DNA of 63,278 bases, the filler included, from Octopus bimaculoides (taxonomy: Eukaryota), in assembly GCF_001194135.2 (NCBI RefSeq). It is 3 parts of 3 records of this genome, joined end to end, with 100 filler letters (N's around TTAATTAATTAA, not from the genome) between each part and the next. Parts side by side here need not be neighbours in the genome. Positions count along the whole stretch, not along the records: positions 1 to 29,866 come from NC_068981.1; 2 more parts are not named here. The stretch is one strand, 5' to 3'. A program made the translations under genes and the position numbers. The notes below the pieces were generated by a model. The model searched no databases. It was given only the letters and a program-made list of their open reading frames with translations, and was not told the origin of the DNA. Positions within the stretch are counted from its first letter, which is position 1; every line of letters begins with the position of its first letter. Of this stretch, positions 11,743 to 25,248 are shown piece by piece.

Positions 11743-14404
11743 ATGCGTATGTGTGTGTGCGAGTGTGAATTATATATGTATGTATTATGTATGTATGAAT
11801 ACATGTATTGAAAAACGAATGAGATAGTATAACAATTACTTAAAAATCCACGTACATACATATATATCCAACTTCCACTGAAGCATTAAACACATTTTGT
11901 CTTGTTATCGCTTGGTACATTTGAATATATGACACAGTGTATATGCGAGAGCAGAATAAAGCCGAATCTCCAATTTTATTCTGCTCTCCAACATACATAC
12001 ATACATACATACATACATACAAACATACATACAATGCCTTTGAATGTCGCAACATAACTCTTCTGTAACATCTTTTAACCACCAAGTGTCGAAGTGCATC
12101 CCTTGACCAAGTTTGCATACATGAGGCTGATAACATCATAAGACTTGGAAAGCAGCTCCTTGAGCAACATTCTTTGTCTGATAACCTAGAATACATGCCC
12201 AAATAAGTCGCACGACTCTACCGCAACGTGTCATACATACAAAAAACAAAACATACAAATCTGCATATATACATACACACATACATACATAAAACAAAAC
12301 TGATGTTGAAATTCCAATGAAGGAGCTTTGAATCTAGGCTAAAAACCGGCTCTTTCTCTATTGACAAGAAATATTGAAATAAAACTGAACAATAACATAT
12401 TTTTTCTTTTATTTTTTTACTTGTTTCAGTCATTTGACCGCGGCCATAATGGAGCACCGATATTTATATAAGATGTCATCCAAGAGTAACGCCCCTTGAT
12501 TCATTGTTTTTCTTCACGGGAATCTCCGCAAATTCAACGTGAATTTGAGTTTTCCAAAATGTATTCAAACACCATTCCTCCATATAGTCGGCTTTAAAAA
12601 TTGGTAAATTATTAAGATATTTACATGAAATCAACGGTAGTCTTCATTCACAAATAAAGAAAATCTATCCGCCAAAGCGGTGTTGAGCATTAATTTGCAT
12701 CGTTCGACATTTACGTATATATATATATATATGCATATGCTTGACGGTGTAGTATTAGTCTAAGCTAAATAACACAAAAACATCAGACATTATAGCTGTT
12801 CGGAAGTGGCCTCAGATAGAGTAAATATGCAAACCGTATCGAGATATCGTTTGACTGTCTTTCATTCTACCATCATGGAGAGAACTCAAAGTCTAAAATT
12901 CTTTCTTTAGTTTTACATACAAGTTAAGTCACACACACTTTAAACGAATAATTTCTTATCGCTCTTCGCAGATAGCAGAGAAAGCCATATGTATCGGACA
13001 GGATTTGATCTCAGAGCCAAAGTGTTACAAATTGAATATTTTAATATATTTAGTCAGTTATTTTACTTCCTCAGCCAGTTCTTCTGTTCTTTAGCCTAGA
13101 GTAAAATATTTGTTTCGGAAACTATTATCAATAGCATCAATATACAACAACAATAAATTCTAAAGAAAAAAGATGCGCTTTAATTACAAACTGGATTCTC
13201 TACAAACAACTGCTAGATTCTAGCTTAATTACTGTCTATAGAGACAAAGACATAAATATATTAATGATTTTATATCGTCTAACATGCAAATTGTATCGTA
13301 AGTGAATGAAGAGAAAATACTATTAAATGATAATTACTCAATATTAAAACGAAAAAGAGAATAAAAAATATCATGGTATTTTTCAAAAAGAGAAAATATA
13401 ACAGCTAATTAGACAGAAAAAAGAAAATTAAACCACTAGTTGAAAAGATTTTATCAAAGTCATTAATGTTTAACGTCAATAAAAGTAAGGCATTATTATC
13501 CAAGGCAGTGGCGAATACAATGAAACGAACAAAAAATCTTGGAAGTAATATAAAACATTTAAATATAAACCAATCTGAGGAAAACCTACAGTACATCTAA
13601 AAGTAAAAGCCAACATAGATTGTCGCTGTTAGATTTTTAATTAATCCTGGGGGTTAATTTCATTTTTTTTAATTCATGACAATATAAAAATATAAATTCT
13701 ATTTTAATGTAAAAATCACTAATTTCATTACGTTTCTTTTTTTTTTTATTTCGATTTTCTGGTTTAATATAATTCCTCTGTAAAATAGATTATCAGAACT
13801 TTTGACTCACTTATTGAGTGTCATGTAATCATCACTGAAATATTCTTTTTGAAAAATCCAGAAAATATATGGTTATGCTATTATTCTCAGTTTCCAAGCG
13901 TAAGGCCCCGGTTGTCAGTCTCCTCTCTCTCTCTCTCTCTCTTTCTCTCTCCTCAGAGATATATCTCAAAGTAAGGAAATCCTACTTTGCGTCACATTTC
14001 TAAGGCACAGACCGCCATCGTCTATGCACTCACTCCTAGTATCTCGAAGGGACCAGCAGCAATTAACAACGACATTCCCCAGCACACTGAATTCTCACCA
14101 ACGTCCCTAAAGCTAAATCTACTATAGACCTACTAATATCAGAAGGCAAGAGGAGGCTATGGCCTTGACCCTTCCTCCAGACATAACTAATTAAAAAAGA
14201 ATTATTTTTGATATTACAAGGCAACAGTTTTGCGGAAAAGTTCAATGAAAATGTGGCGTACGTAGATTTCATCTTTATCGGTTAGTACAGTCTGCAATGT
14301 GACGAACGAAATAACAACTGTCAGTATTTAGTTGTGTCGTAGGTTCTAAGCTGAAATCTTGCCTAGGCTAACTTGATTCTTACTATGTTTGGAAGATATT
14401 AAAA

Positions 14405-14582
14405 TATCCTTTCTATTATAGACACAAGGCCTGAAGTCTGAAGGGAGGGGCCAAGTCGATTACATCGATCCCAGTGTTTAACTGGTGCAAAGTCGACCTC
14501 GGCGAAATTTGAACTCAGAATGTGAAGACGGACGAAATACCACTAAGCATTTTACCCATCGTGCTAACGATTCTACCAGCGC
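14405..14582 (-). mobile_element. SINE-A copy with internal deletion of the central domain
   Basis: Reverse complement joins GAGGTCGACTTTGC directly to ACCAGTT, lacking CTTTCATCC..AAGT. Confidence 0.8.
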
Positions 14583-14695
14583 ACGGGTCTTTGAAGAGAT
14601 CAAAATATATCAACAATTGGCAGTCAATATATCGAATATACTCTCCCTATAAAGTGTATAGTTTCGTACCTACGCTACAAATCTTTATCGTTTAA

Positions 14696-15520
14696 CTAGC
14701 CTAAATACCCGGCGTTGCTCGGAAGTTTAAAGAATGTTAAAGGAAATAAATATATTTATTCTGAGAAAAGATATATTTTCAGGAAACTTCTATTAGATGA
14801 CGTGAGTATAAGCAAAATTATTAAAGCAAAGCCTGAAATCAATCACAGTTTAATTTTGTAGAACTTCTAAATATTCGATGTTTTCAGTGTGTCCTTCAAC
14901 GGGGGTACAAATAAAATGAGTTTTGGGACTTCCAACTCGCGAACATCCTACATTTAATTGCTAATGAGAAAAGCAAGGAGGAGCAAGGTTAAGTCCAACA
15001 GACTTGCGAGATTGTCCTTGAAATCTTTTTATCGACACAGCAAAACTTAGTTTCACTGGACCTGGAGCCGTTTAAAATTCAAAGGGGAGGTCAGATGGGG
15101 TTAACGGGATCCGTGGAATGAAGACATCTTCACCCTAATAAAGGGTGAATAAAGACGTCCTCACCAGTCTAGTGCTATTGCACAATGAGGTTGATTCAGA
15201 TTCCTGTGTAGCATGAAGTGGGCCCCCTTTTAAGTTGTGAGGTGGAATTCTAGATAGCGGTAGAGAGCTCAGGAACTCAGCTGCAAAAATTATAGCTTGG
15301 TCCTGATCAATGACAAAGTCGATGGATGCGAAAGACTGTTCTTGTTTTGGCCACAGCTGCAAGAGATCCCAGTTGATTTTGTCGACAGCATCATTACGTG
15401 GAGCTAAGATGGCTCACTCACATAGCCATTGGCCGTTGCATTTGGAAACACATGCATTTTGGGATCATTGACAATTGGTACCATCTCACCACAGGATGGT
15501 TTGTGTTTCTGTTGCAAGTC
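14696..15520 (-). mobile_element. Helitron 3' remnant with PIF1-like helicase C-terminus
   Basis: Minus frames give ILAPRNDAVDKIN..SIDFVIDQDQAIIFAAEFLSSL..PPHNL..CNSTRL..GEDVFIPRIPLTPSDLPFEF..PVKLSFAVSI..FQGQS..CFSH*QLNVGCSRVG. 3' terminus CCGAGCAACGCCGGG hairpin then CTAG|T at 14696-14699. Confidence 0.88.
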
Positions 15521-15690
15521 TCTATATAAATGATAGAAAAGTGTGTATCAAATGGAATTAAAATTCTGGTTCAGTCACAGATCGATCAAGCTAGTAAAGT
15601 TTAAGCGTTTTTGGTAACAACATATTCTCTCTTCTAATTAAATATTGAAAAAGAGAGAAAATTCCGCCCTCTCTTTTTCAAGAGAAGTTA
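15520..15690 (+). repeat. About 170-bp direct repeat, second copy at about 16974-17140
   Basis: ATAAAT.ATAG.AAAGTGT.TATCAAATG.AATTAAAATTCTGGT..AGT.ACAGATC..TCTCTTCTAATTAAATATTG..CCCTCTCTTTT shared; roughly 80% identity by eye. Confidence 0.8.
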
Positions 15691-16165
15691 AGTTAGCTTC
15701 GCTCATGTAGAGTACATGACATCGCCACTAACCCTTTCCAATGTCTAATATGTTCATTTATGACCTTTAGACCGTTATGGAGGGTGAATAATAAGAGGGT
15801 TAAGGAGGATGCTCGGGAGAGGGAGGTTGGAAGGGTAGGGGAAGTTTCTCACCCCCTTCCCCCTTTACCCGGTGGTATAATCGAGAATGGTATAGGGAAA
15901 GGTAAAGAAAGGTAGTCACATCGGATTTAAATATGAAATATCGAGTGTAATCTAATTACTTTTCTTAGGTCCATTCCACAAACAATTATTTGAATAGCTC
16001 ATGTCAATATCTCCCAACTTATGTCACGGGAATACTGAACTTTAACATTTATAAAGTTTATCGTATAAATTGAAAGAATGAATGAATGAATGACTTATAT
16101 CAATGTAGTAAGAGTTTTCACCAGGCGTGCGTCTGAATGAAGACTTTTCGTCATTTAGAAACCTT

Positions 16166-16478
16166 TTTTTTTCTTTTCGCCTTTTCAAAGCCTAGTCAGG
16201 CTCATGGGCCCGGTTTCCCGGTTTCTATGGCATATGTGTTCTCCCCAGCTGGACGGGACGCCAGTCCATCGTAGCATTACTCAAGAAACAGGAAGACAGA
16301 GTGAGAGAAAGTTGGAGCGAAAGAGTACAACAGGGGTCGCCACTCCCCACCTGCCGGAGCCTCGTGGAGCTTAGGTGTTTTCGCTCAATAAACACTCACA
16401 ACGCCCGGTCTGGGAATCGAAATCGCGATCCTCCGACCGCGTGTCCGCTGCCCTAACTACTGGGCCATTGCGCCTCCA
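16166..16478 (-). mobile_element. Full-length young tRNA-derived SINE (family SINE-B) with target-site duplication
   Basis: Head GGAGGCGCAATGGCCCAGTAGTTAGG (A box) ..GATTTCGATTCCC (B-box-like); segment GATGGACTGGCGTCCCGTCCAG (resembles, from memory, the V-SINE domain); A-rich tail; TSD CATTTAGAAA(A)CCTT at 16152-16165 and 16479-16493. Confidence 0.9.
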
Positions 16479-19404
16479 CATTTAGAAAACCTTACTGTTT
16501 CTTTTTCTTCTGAAAATTACATAAGGTGTGTGTAACATCGAATTTTAATTTTACATTACAGAAATTCCAGTTCTTCTCAGAGGCCCCCTGCGACCGCAGA
16601 AGTTGCAGGGGCTTAACCCTGCTCCTGCTGTAAACAAATTTATGGTTTAGGGTTAAAGTTAGGGTTAGTATTTAGCGAGTATGATGTTATTGTAAATATT
16701 TACCAAATTTTACAATTATGTATGTCAGTGAAAGTGTTGGTGTGAATGCGTGCGCGATTTTTTGTCACTACCTATGTTTGTATTCTTCATTCCAAAATAA
16801 TAAAAACATTAACATACTTCCAAAATGAGACTTCGTCGATGTGTATCCGCGTACATGTATGCGCAGGTGTCTGTGTGGGGATGGAGCGGTTAGTGCGCAA
16901 GAAAAATATTTACGGAAATGTACACATAATAATTCCAACAAAATAAGTTATCTTTATATGCCATGTTTGCAATTCTCCATATAAATTATAGCAAAGTGTC
17001 TATCAAATGAAATTAAAATTCTGGTGCAGTGACAGATCAATCAAGATAGTAAAGTATTTTGGTAACAGCATAACCTCTCTTCTAATTAAATATTGGGAAA
17101 AAAATGAGAAAATGCCACCCTCTCTTTTGCAAGAGAAATTAATTTTGGCGGTAAGGACTAAATCCCTTTTTTCATTATCACAATTAAAAAGTGGTTTAGC
17201 TTTACTTTTAAAAAAGCGATGAGTTCGTAGACGTGTGATGGAGAATTATTCAATATCGGGTTTGTTTCTATTAGAATCGTTTACTTTCAAAACGAAAAGA
17301 CCAAAACCGACGTATATGACAGGTATGTAAAACATATTTATGTTTACTTTCTCTGTTCATCCGCATAAGATGTAGAAATTGTTGCACGCGCGCAAACACA
17401 AACAGAAAATTTCCAGACATTTAACTGTTATTTTTAGCCGCTCACTTTCAGTTCTAGACAACGGGATGGGGTGTACTGATGTTTATAAAAGGAAAAGGCT
17501 GGTACCAGTGACGTTATATACATTGCTGTCAGCACGCAAAATCCTGCAATAGATACTGTACGACATCTCATCCATCTACTTACAGTTTTACCAATCTCGC
17601 TTTCTGAAACGGCACTTTTTTCTTACCAGAGAGGTTGAAAGGAAAACCTGACCTCGATGAGAATTGAACTTAACTACAAAGAGTCGGAACAAATATCACG
17701 AAGCATCATATATAACACTCTCACAATTTTGTCAATTCGCCGCTATGTATGCAACGAAAATAAAATTAATTGGCTACAGACGGATGTCGTAATTTATGAC
17801 TTACCTTACTTAGAATTTACGTAACGAGCTACCTGGACGTCAGGGCTATGTAACTCGCAACGAATTAATGAATAGATAAATTAGATATTTAAAAAAGAGA
17901 GAGACGGGAAATAATTTTGCACTCGCTCTATATATTTCTTAATTAAATTAAAATGTTTCCTATCATGTTTCATCATTTACATATTGTTCTATCAATTATT
18001 TATTGTTGTACTCGTGTTATTAGATCACGTTGACAAAAGTTCATTAAATGGAGCAAAATTCGATCAATTCGTTGTTAATTATAATTTACAGCATTTTATT
18101 GCAAAAATAAATATTTTAAATTGAATTTTTATATTCATGTTTTGATTCGTCCTCTATTTATAGTTTCCAGTTTCATTGTTTGTACTTTATGGGTTTCATC
18201 GTTATTGCAAAACGAAAAAGTAAAGTAAATTTTAATTAGTGATATATAAATAGATATTTTCGTAGCAGAAAATAAAAACAGTTAAAAATATATGACACGT
18301 TATTATTAAATTTTCTTATGGTTAGTAATGAATTAGAGGGGAAAACAGCAGCTGGTGCTGTTCGTGTTGCTAGTGATATTGCTGGAAGTCAGTCAATTAA
18401 AATCACCTGATGGTAGATGAAGGTAATTGAAATCGGTATCTAATTCTACCCCTAAAAGAATGAAATAAAATTAATTAACAATTAAATTAAGAAGTGAAGA
18501 AAAAACACCGTAATCTACGAGTTGTGTGGCGTCGAAACTAGATTTTAATAACGAAAATGAAATTTTTTTCCCAATGTTTTCACTCAAAATTAATTTCACA
18601 GAAAATAAAATCTTCAAATAATGTTCAGAGATTCGCTGATATAACGTTTGTTTAATAACGTCCATAGGAGGTAACCACAAACCTTGATACCAAAGCCATT
18701 CACTTAATGTGAATTTTTTTTCTTACGATTGGATAAGTTGGTGAAAATAGGAGAGAGCTTAATTAAATCAAATTCAGGATGGCTTTGTAGTTAAAACATT
18801 CGCTTTGCAACCATCAGATTCCTAGTTCGAGCATATTGCATGGCATCTTGAGTAAGTAGCTTCGAACATATTTTGAGATTGACCGATACCTTCTAAGTTA
18901 AATTTGATGCTCGTAAAATGTACGTATGCATGTATTTTTCTGAGTAAAGGTTTATGATCTGTTCTGACAGTCCATCTTGTTCGATGGCAAGGTTGCAAAG
19001 AAAATGAGCATGTTCCCTTCGTAAATTATTCATTCTTTTAATTTTAAAAGGCCTTTCAGATTTATCATGTCTTTGATGTTGTAATCACTTGTAGTGTGCG
19101 AATTATGTAATAGCATTCTTTCTCCAAGAATTCAGGCTCAGGAATGATTTGATCCTTTCTCTAAAATAATGGGTTTGATTTTGAAACTGAATTTTGGACA
19201 CTGGATTAACAAATTCCTTATCAGTATCCTATACATGTCGTCTTTCTATTATATTTTTCTGAGCACATAAATGTTAAGTAATTGTTATTCACGATAGAGT
19301 AATTGTTATTCATTGTTGATTCCAAACATCAAGTTTTTATGTTTTTATTTAGCTGTTTTTAATTTGAAGGTCCACTATTTTTTTTTTTTTGCATTCTTCT
19401 TCAA

Positions 19405-19620
19405 ATTCTTTTGGCTTCCACATCATGCCTCTCAGGAACGTAGCATCTGGAGAGTAATGTTTACAGTTGGCGATAATATGGTTAATGTCTTCGATATTGG
19501 TTTTACATAGCCTACATTTTTGTTAGTTGATGCTTTAATTGTTTTCCAAATTACGTACTTGGTGAGCATTCCTAGCTTGCAGATAGCATGGAGGTAACTT
19601 TCAAGGTGCGATGCTACAAA
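19405..19620 (-). mobile_element. Decayed R4/Dong-like LINE fragment (zinc knuckle region)
   Basis: SHLESYLHAI..; KCRLCKTNIEDINHIIANC followed, after a frameshift, by RCYVPERHDVEAKRI (CCHC plus RHD motif). Confidence 0.65.
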
Positions 19621-21004
19621 CCTGCCAGTACTCCCCGCTAGGCTTTGTATGGTTTATTCTTTCTTTGGTTTGAGATTTTCGTCTCAAGTACTTGTGTGCA
19701 ATCTCTTCGGCGTTCATTAGGATTTTGTGGGAAATCTTTTTGGTAGATTAAATTATTTACCCAGGTCGGGACAAAATTCAGAGTAAACTGCCAAAGTTTA
19801 TTATAACAAACACATATGCGCGCATATGTTTTGGCCTGTGTTCATTTGTTTACAACCTTGTAAGTTAGTGGTTCGACGGATAGAACAAATACCATATTTT
19901 TTAAATAAGTATTTGTATGCAATCTCTTCAGTGTTTATTAGGATTTTGTGGAAAATCTGTTGTGTAGATTAAATAAAAGAATTCCTTCATTGTATCTGAC
20001 TCACAACTGTTCCTATAAATAATGTACTTGCTTTACTAATATTTTGTTTTCGCTCAAAGACTAAAAGCATACGCTACCAGAACCATTTGAATAAAAATAT
20101 CATGAGGTCACATTTTCCTTTTCCTAAAATATTTTTATTTCAGGAGGAAAGTGTGACGTCATGTTATTCATATTAGCGGATTATTTATAGGTGGGTATCA
20201 GTGGTTCCGAATATTCAAAGAGAAAATATATTAATGGCATACTTAAGTCTACCATTTTGTCGTAACGTGATGCTTCTAATTATTATTTTCAAGTAAATAA
20301 TTGCTCTGTCATTTTAACAAGTTGTCATTTAGAGAATGCTATTAGTGCATCATGTTTCGTTCTTTACCGATATACAACTGGCAATTATCACTGTCAAAAC
20401 ATCATATCAAGCTAAAGGCGTGTAAACTATTTTATTTTAGTTCTTCAAAATTAATTGAAGATTGAAAAAAAAAAAAACACCTGACATTATAATTGTTTGT
20501 CTACTTTAATTTGTTATTCAAACGAATATTCTCTAAATATTTTAGTCGTTAGGATCTTAAAACAATAATTAGATAACTTCAAAATATATGTATTATAACG
20601 ACTGACAAGTCAAATATGTTATTTCCTTTTAATTCGGAGTTAATTTGACATAATAATAATGTTCCGGAAATAACTGTTTTAAAGATATTAGTTTTCTTCT
20701 TATCAATTCTCTCTCGAGAAATTTTCTAGTAACAATTGCTAGTAAATAGAGTTAATTAGATTTCTTCATTTGGTCTTGAAGGAGTTGAGGTCTTTTAGTT
20801 TATAACACTGCAAACTAACTATGACAGAACCAGATCCAGTTAAATCCTCCCTCTCGATTATTATTTGCAGCAAAACTATTACATTACATGCGAACCTCGC
20901 TAATGTACAGTCTTACTACTGTTTGTTTATTTACTGCATTGGTTTAATGAAGCGGAGTAATTAAAATGTATAACTTTTTGACACTTTTTGAAATATATTA
21001 ACAA

Positions 21005-21197
21005 GTGGTTTCCAATTTTGGTACAAGGCTAGCAATTTTGGGGAAAGTCGATTACACTGACCCCAGTGTTCAACTGGTACTTATTTTATAGACCCCTGAA
21101 ATTATGAAAGGTATAATCGATCTCAGAACGTAAAATCGAATGAAATACGTTAAGAATTTCGCTCGACATGCAAACTATTCCGCTACCTCACCGCCTT
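21005..21197 (-). mobile_element. SINE-A copy (another degenerate copy at about 17600-17745)
   Basis: GACCCCAGTGTTCAACTGGTACTTATTTTAT..CTCAGAACG..CTCACCGCCTT matches the reverse complement of the family. Confidence 0.8.
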
Positions 21198-22750
21198 GTT
21201 ATGTTAATTACCAGTGATTCCATTTCAAGTATATTTATCATCAGGCAAATTTTATCCATTATGGTGACCAAAATGAAAATGGGAGGATGAAAAGTTCGCG
21301 CAAGTTCTTTGGTAGAACTATTCCTGTTTGTGGGTAGTATACTTAATTCCCCTCTTGTTTTAAAATACCCACCTATCCCTTGAATGTCTTTAGCACGAAC
21401 CAAGCTGTTGCAATCATTGAGGCCAGGTTTCTAGTCACGGGAATACTGGAGGAATCGTGAGTGCTATTTTTGCTTCTGTTACCAAGCCATTAAAAACACT
21501 TCTTTGGGTATTAATTTTTAGAGACACAACCTTCTGGAATTCATTCTCTATCCATGCTTTTGTATCCTAAGTATTTCAGATTAAACAAGAACTTACTCGA
21601 TCATTTAAAACCCCTATCTCAGTTCTTGAACGGAGAAATTACATGCATGGGAACTCCCCAGCTCCTCGGACTGAAAATTGACAAAAGCAACTGCTGAAAT
21701 TTTAACATGAATTATATTAGATACTGTATGCACAGTTTGAAGTACATAAGAACAAGAGAAATATCTTATAATTTGATAAAATAGAAAGACAAAAGATTTC
21801 AAATGTTCTTTGTAGCACAATTCCTGGACGAGGTATATTCTTCATTTCTTAGTGTCTCATACCTACAGGCGTCGGGGATCATGCACCTCACGCTTTCTGA
21901 TCTCCACCCCACCGAACGCTGCTCATTATTCAATCATTGTCTCCGACCCAGTTGGTAAGACCATCGAGTGTTTTCCCTTTCCGTATTATCTGGTGGGGTG
22001 GGGTGGGGCGTTCTCCCGTTTCAAAGCTGAAAACTTTTCTTCTCATATGAACTGAGTGTTATCTTCTTGTCTCGTTGAGAAGCTTTCTGATGCTCGTCTA
22101 ACAATCTTGTTGTTTGTTGCTCTGTCAGTATACCACACCCTCAGTATTTGGCCATGGAACCACATCCCTGCAGAATGAATAAGCTTTTTGTACTTGTTTG
22201 TTGATGCTCAAAATCTGCACTTATTTATTGATAATGCAGACCACATAAACGTATATTAGGGTGGGATCTATAATTCTTTACCTCATTCTTATAGATCACT
22301 GTTTATTTGATAATATATGTTACTAATATACATCTTCCATGTTTCATTTGAGGGTATATCACTTCCTGCTGTCCACACTGGTGCTTACATAATATTTAAT
22401 AAAAAGTGTTGTATAATAGGAACTAAGTCTCTTTTGTTTCTTACAACAGAGTGGTGTCCTCTAAAGACACTAGGTTTCAGATGGTGTTAACTAAGGGACC
22501 GATTAGACGCAGTCCATTACACGCGTTTCCATTGTTTCTGTCTACCCAAACTAAGTTATAAAACTCGAGATCATAGTAGACGATGTTTTCCCAAGATGCC
22601 ACACAATCAAGTGGAATGTGGAGTCAAGGAATTGGTGATCCACACGGTCATGTCTCAGTCAAAATAGGGCTGAGTGACTGGGCAAATATTATTCAATAAC
22701 ATGAATATCTTTATGCACATCCTCAAATGCGTCTATGGATTTTTCTTTTC

Positions 22751-22801
<51 letters not shown>

Positions 22802-23358
22802 TTATATTTACTCGTATATAAAGATAGTGTAAGTAGCACCAACAGGAAATCTTGCATATTTTTACAATTTCGCAATGCCGAACTCATCTCTGGATAAGCC
22901 ATATTTAAAGGAATTATCTGAAAGCGGCAAACGAATATGTAACGAAGTGAAAGAAATATCAAATCACATTTGCCAATATTTAATCTAAAAAGCTTTGTGT
23001 CTCTACTTTGCGAGGGTAATATTACCAAACACTTACAAATATATTTTACGCATGCGATTGAATCATAAATGGAATTTGTATATGTAGTTCTTGATGTGAA
23101 GTTTCAAATTTTTCAGTTGTTGCCAGCCAGTATGGCTGCAAATTCATAGTCTGCACACTCATTTCCTGCCTTCCATTCAGTCTGTTTTAGTGCCAGAAAA
23201 TAAGCGAGAGAGCAACCTTCTTTTTAATAATATTACTACTTTGAGATCATTTTATGTGATTAATCATTAACTAAGATTTAAAATGCTATCTGCTAGTAAA
23301 ATTATCTATTACTATCTACTGGCAGATTATTCACAATTTTTCAAAAAACTGATAATAC

Positions 23359-23389
<31 letters not shown>

Positions 23390-24274
23390 GCTGTCGTTGT
23401 AGTTCTTGTTTAGCCCCGCTTCAACACGATCGTGTACACCATATCTGTTTAGGATATGTATTTTCTCATATTTGAGACGGTGGTGTGCGATTTGAGGGAA
23501 ATTTGGTTTTCAGTATGGATACATTAGTACAAATAGAAAGACTACGTTTTATAATGTGTTTTTCTGTTAAACATGATATGGTGTGATTGAGGTGAATTTA
23601 ACATGGTATGACTAGTGGGTTGAATGACCACGAAAAGCGCTAATTTGCTGACTCGCTCACGAAGAAAATATTGGAGTTTATCCATTAGAGATATCCTTAA
23701 TTATATTTTAAACATTCAACACCAGAAAGCAAAAGAGGAAAGGCTTTCACTCACGTTACGGAATATATAAGGAAGTATAGAAATGTCTGATTGCAAATAC
23801 CCAATGAAACGAAAGTTAGTCTACACGAATACCATTTGATGGGGTCAAAGTCAATCTGCATGAATACAAGCATATGTGTCTTTAAACTCAACAGGAAAGA
23901 CGGAAATTAAATAAGAACGAGAAAGAAAACTAATTCTCGAGCAATAAAAACTTACTTTTATGACTTTCGAATAGTCGCAGTGAAACTGTCAGCACCTAAG
24001 TCACAGTTATGCGTCAACAGTTTTGACTCATGAAATGCATATAAACTTAAAGCTTTACAGTTTTGTGTGTTATCAGATATCTACTTCCACGAAGTATTTC
24101 CTGCAGTTCCGCGGCCTCAGAGCGGATGACTAAAAAACTTTCAAGGTGGTGCCCCAGCACGGCCACACTCTTATGACTGAAACAAGTGAAAGACAAAAGA
24201 TACACACACACATAAACACACACACTCGCACACACACATACACACATATATATCTATATATATACTTATATACA

Positions 24275-24322
<48 letters not shown>

Positions 24323-25248
24323 NNNNNNNNNNNNNNNNNNNNNNNNNNNNNNNNNNNNNNNNNNNNNNNNNNNNNNNNNNNNNNNNNNNNNNNNNNNNNN
24401 NNNNNNNNNNNNNNNNNNNNNNNNNNNNNNNNNNNNNNNNNNNNNNNNNNNNNNNNNNNNNNNNNNNNNNNNNNNNNNNNNNNNNNNNNNNNNNNNNNNN
24501 NNNNNNNNNNNNNNNNNNNNNNNNNNNNNNNNNNNNNNNNNNNNNNNNNNNNNNNNNNNNNNNNNNNNNNNNNNNNNNNNNNNNNNNNNNNNNNNNNNNN
24601 NNNNNNNNNNNNNNNNNNNNNNNNNNNNNNNNNNNNNNNNNNNNNNNNNNNNNNNNNNNNNNNNNNNNNNNNNNNNNNNNNNNNNNNNNNNNNNNNNNNN
24701 NNNNNNNNNNNNNNNNNNNNNNNNNNNNNNNNNNNNNNNNNNNNNNNNNNNNNNNNNNNNNNNNNNNNNNNNNNNNNNNNNNNNNNNNNNNNNNNNNNNN
24801 NNNNNNNNNNNNNNNNNNNNNNNNNNNNNNNNNNNNNNNNNNNNNNNNNNNNNNNNNNNNNNNNNNNNNNNNNNNNNNNNNNNNNNNNNNNNNNNNNNNN
24901 NNNNNNNNNNNNNNNNNNNNNNNNNNNNNNNNNNNNNNNNNNNNNNNNNNNNNNNNNNNNNNNNNNNNNNNNNNNNNNNNNNNNNNNNNNNNNNNNNNNN
25001 NNNNNNNNNNNNNNNNNNNNNNNNNNNNNNNNNNNNNNNNNNNNNNNNNNNNNNNNNNNNNNNNNNNNNNNNNNNNNNNNNNNNNNNNNNNNNNNNNNNN
25101 NNNNNNNNNNNNNNNNNNNNNNNNNNNNNNNNNNNNNNNNNNNNNNNNNNNNNNNNNNNNNNNNNNNNNNNNNNNNNNNNNNNNNNNNNNNNNNNNNNNN
25201 NNNNNNNNNNNNNNNNNNNNNNNNNNNNNNNNNNNNNNNNNNNNNNNN

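Noticed and set aside
16400-16478. tRNA gene
   Set aside because: A/B boxes belong to a SINE head continuing into a body, tail and TSD; no complete cloverleaf with terminator.
17275-17322. 48-nt frame-preserving plus-strand exon candidate with good splice sites
   Set aside because: No partner exons or recognisable peptide; such signal pairs arise by chance in AT-rich DNA.
16023-21448. 15-bp exact match GTCACGGGAATACTG at 16023 and 21434
   Set aside because: Similarity does not extend into the flanks; cannot be distinguished from chance.
21190-22200. Coding-like CpG-containing stretch with a KYLGY motif on the minus strand
   Set aside because: Possibly an old LINE, but no ordered set of RT motifs could be recovered.
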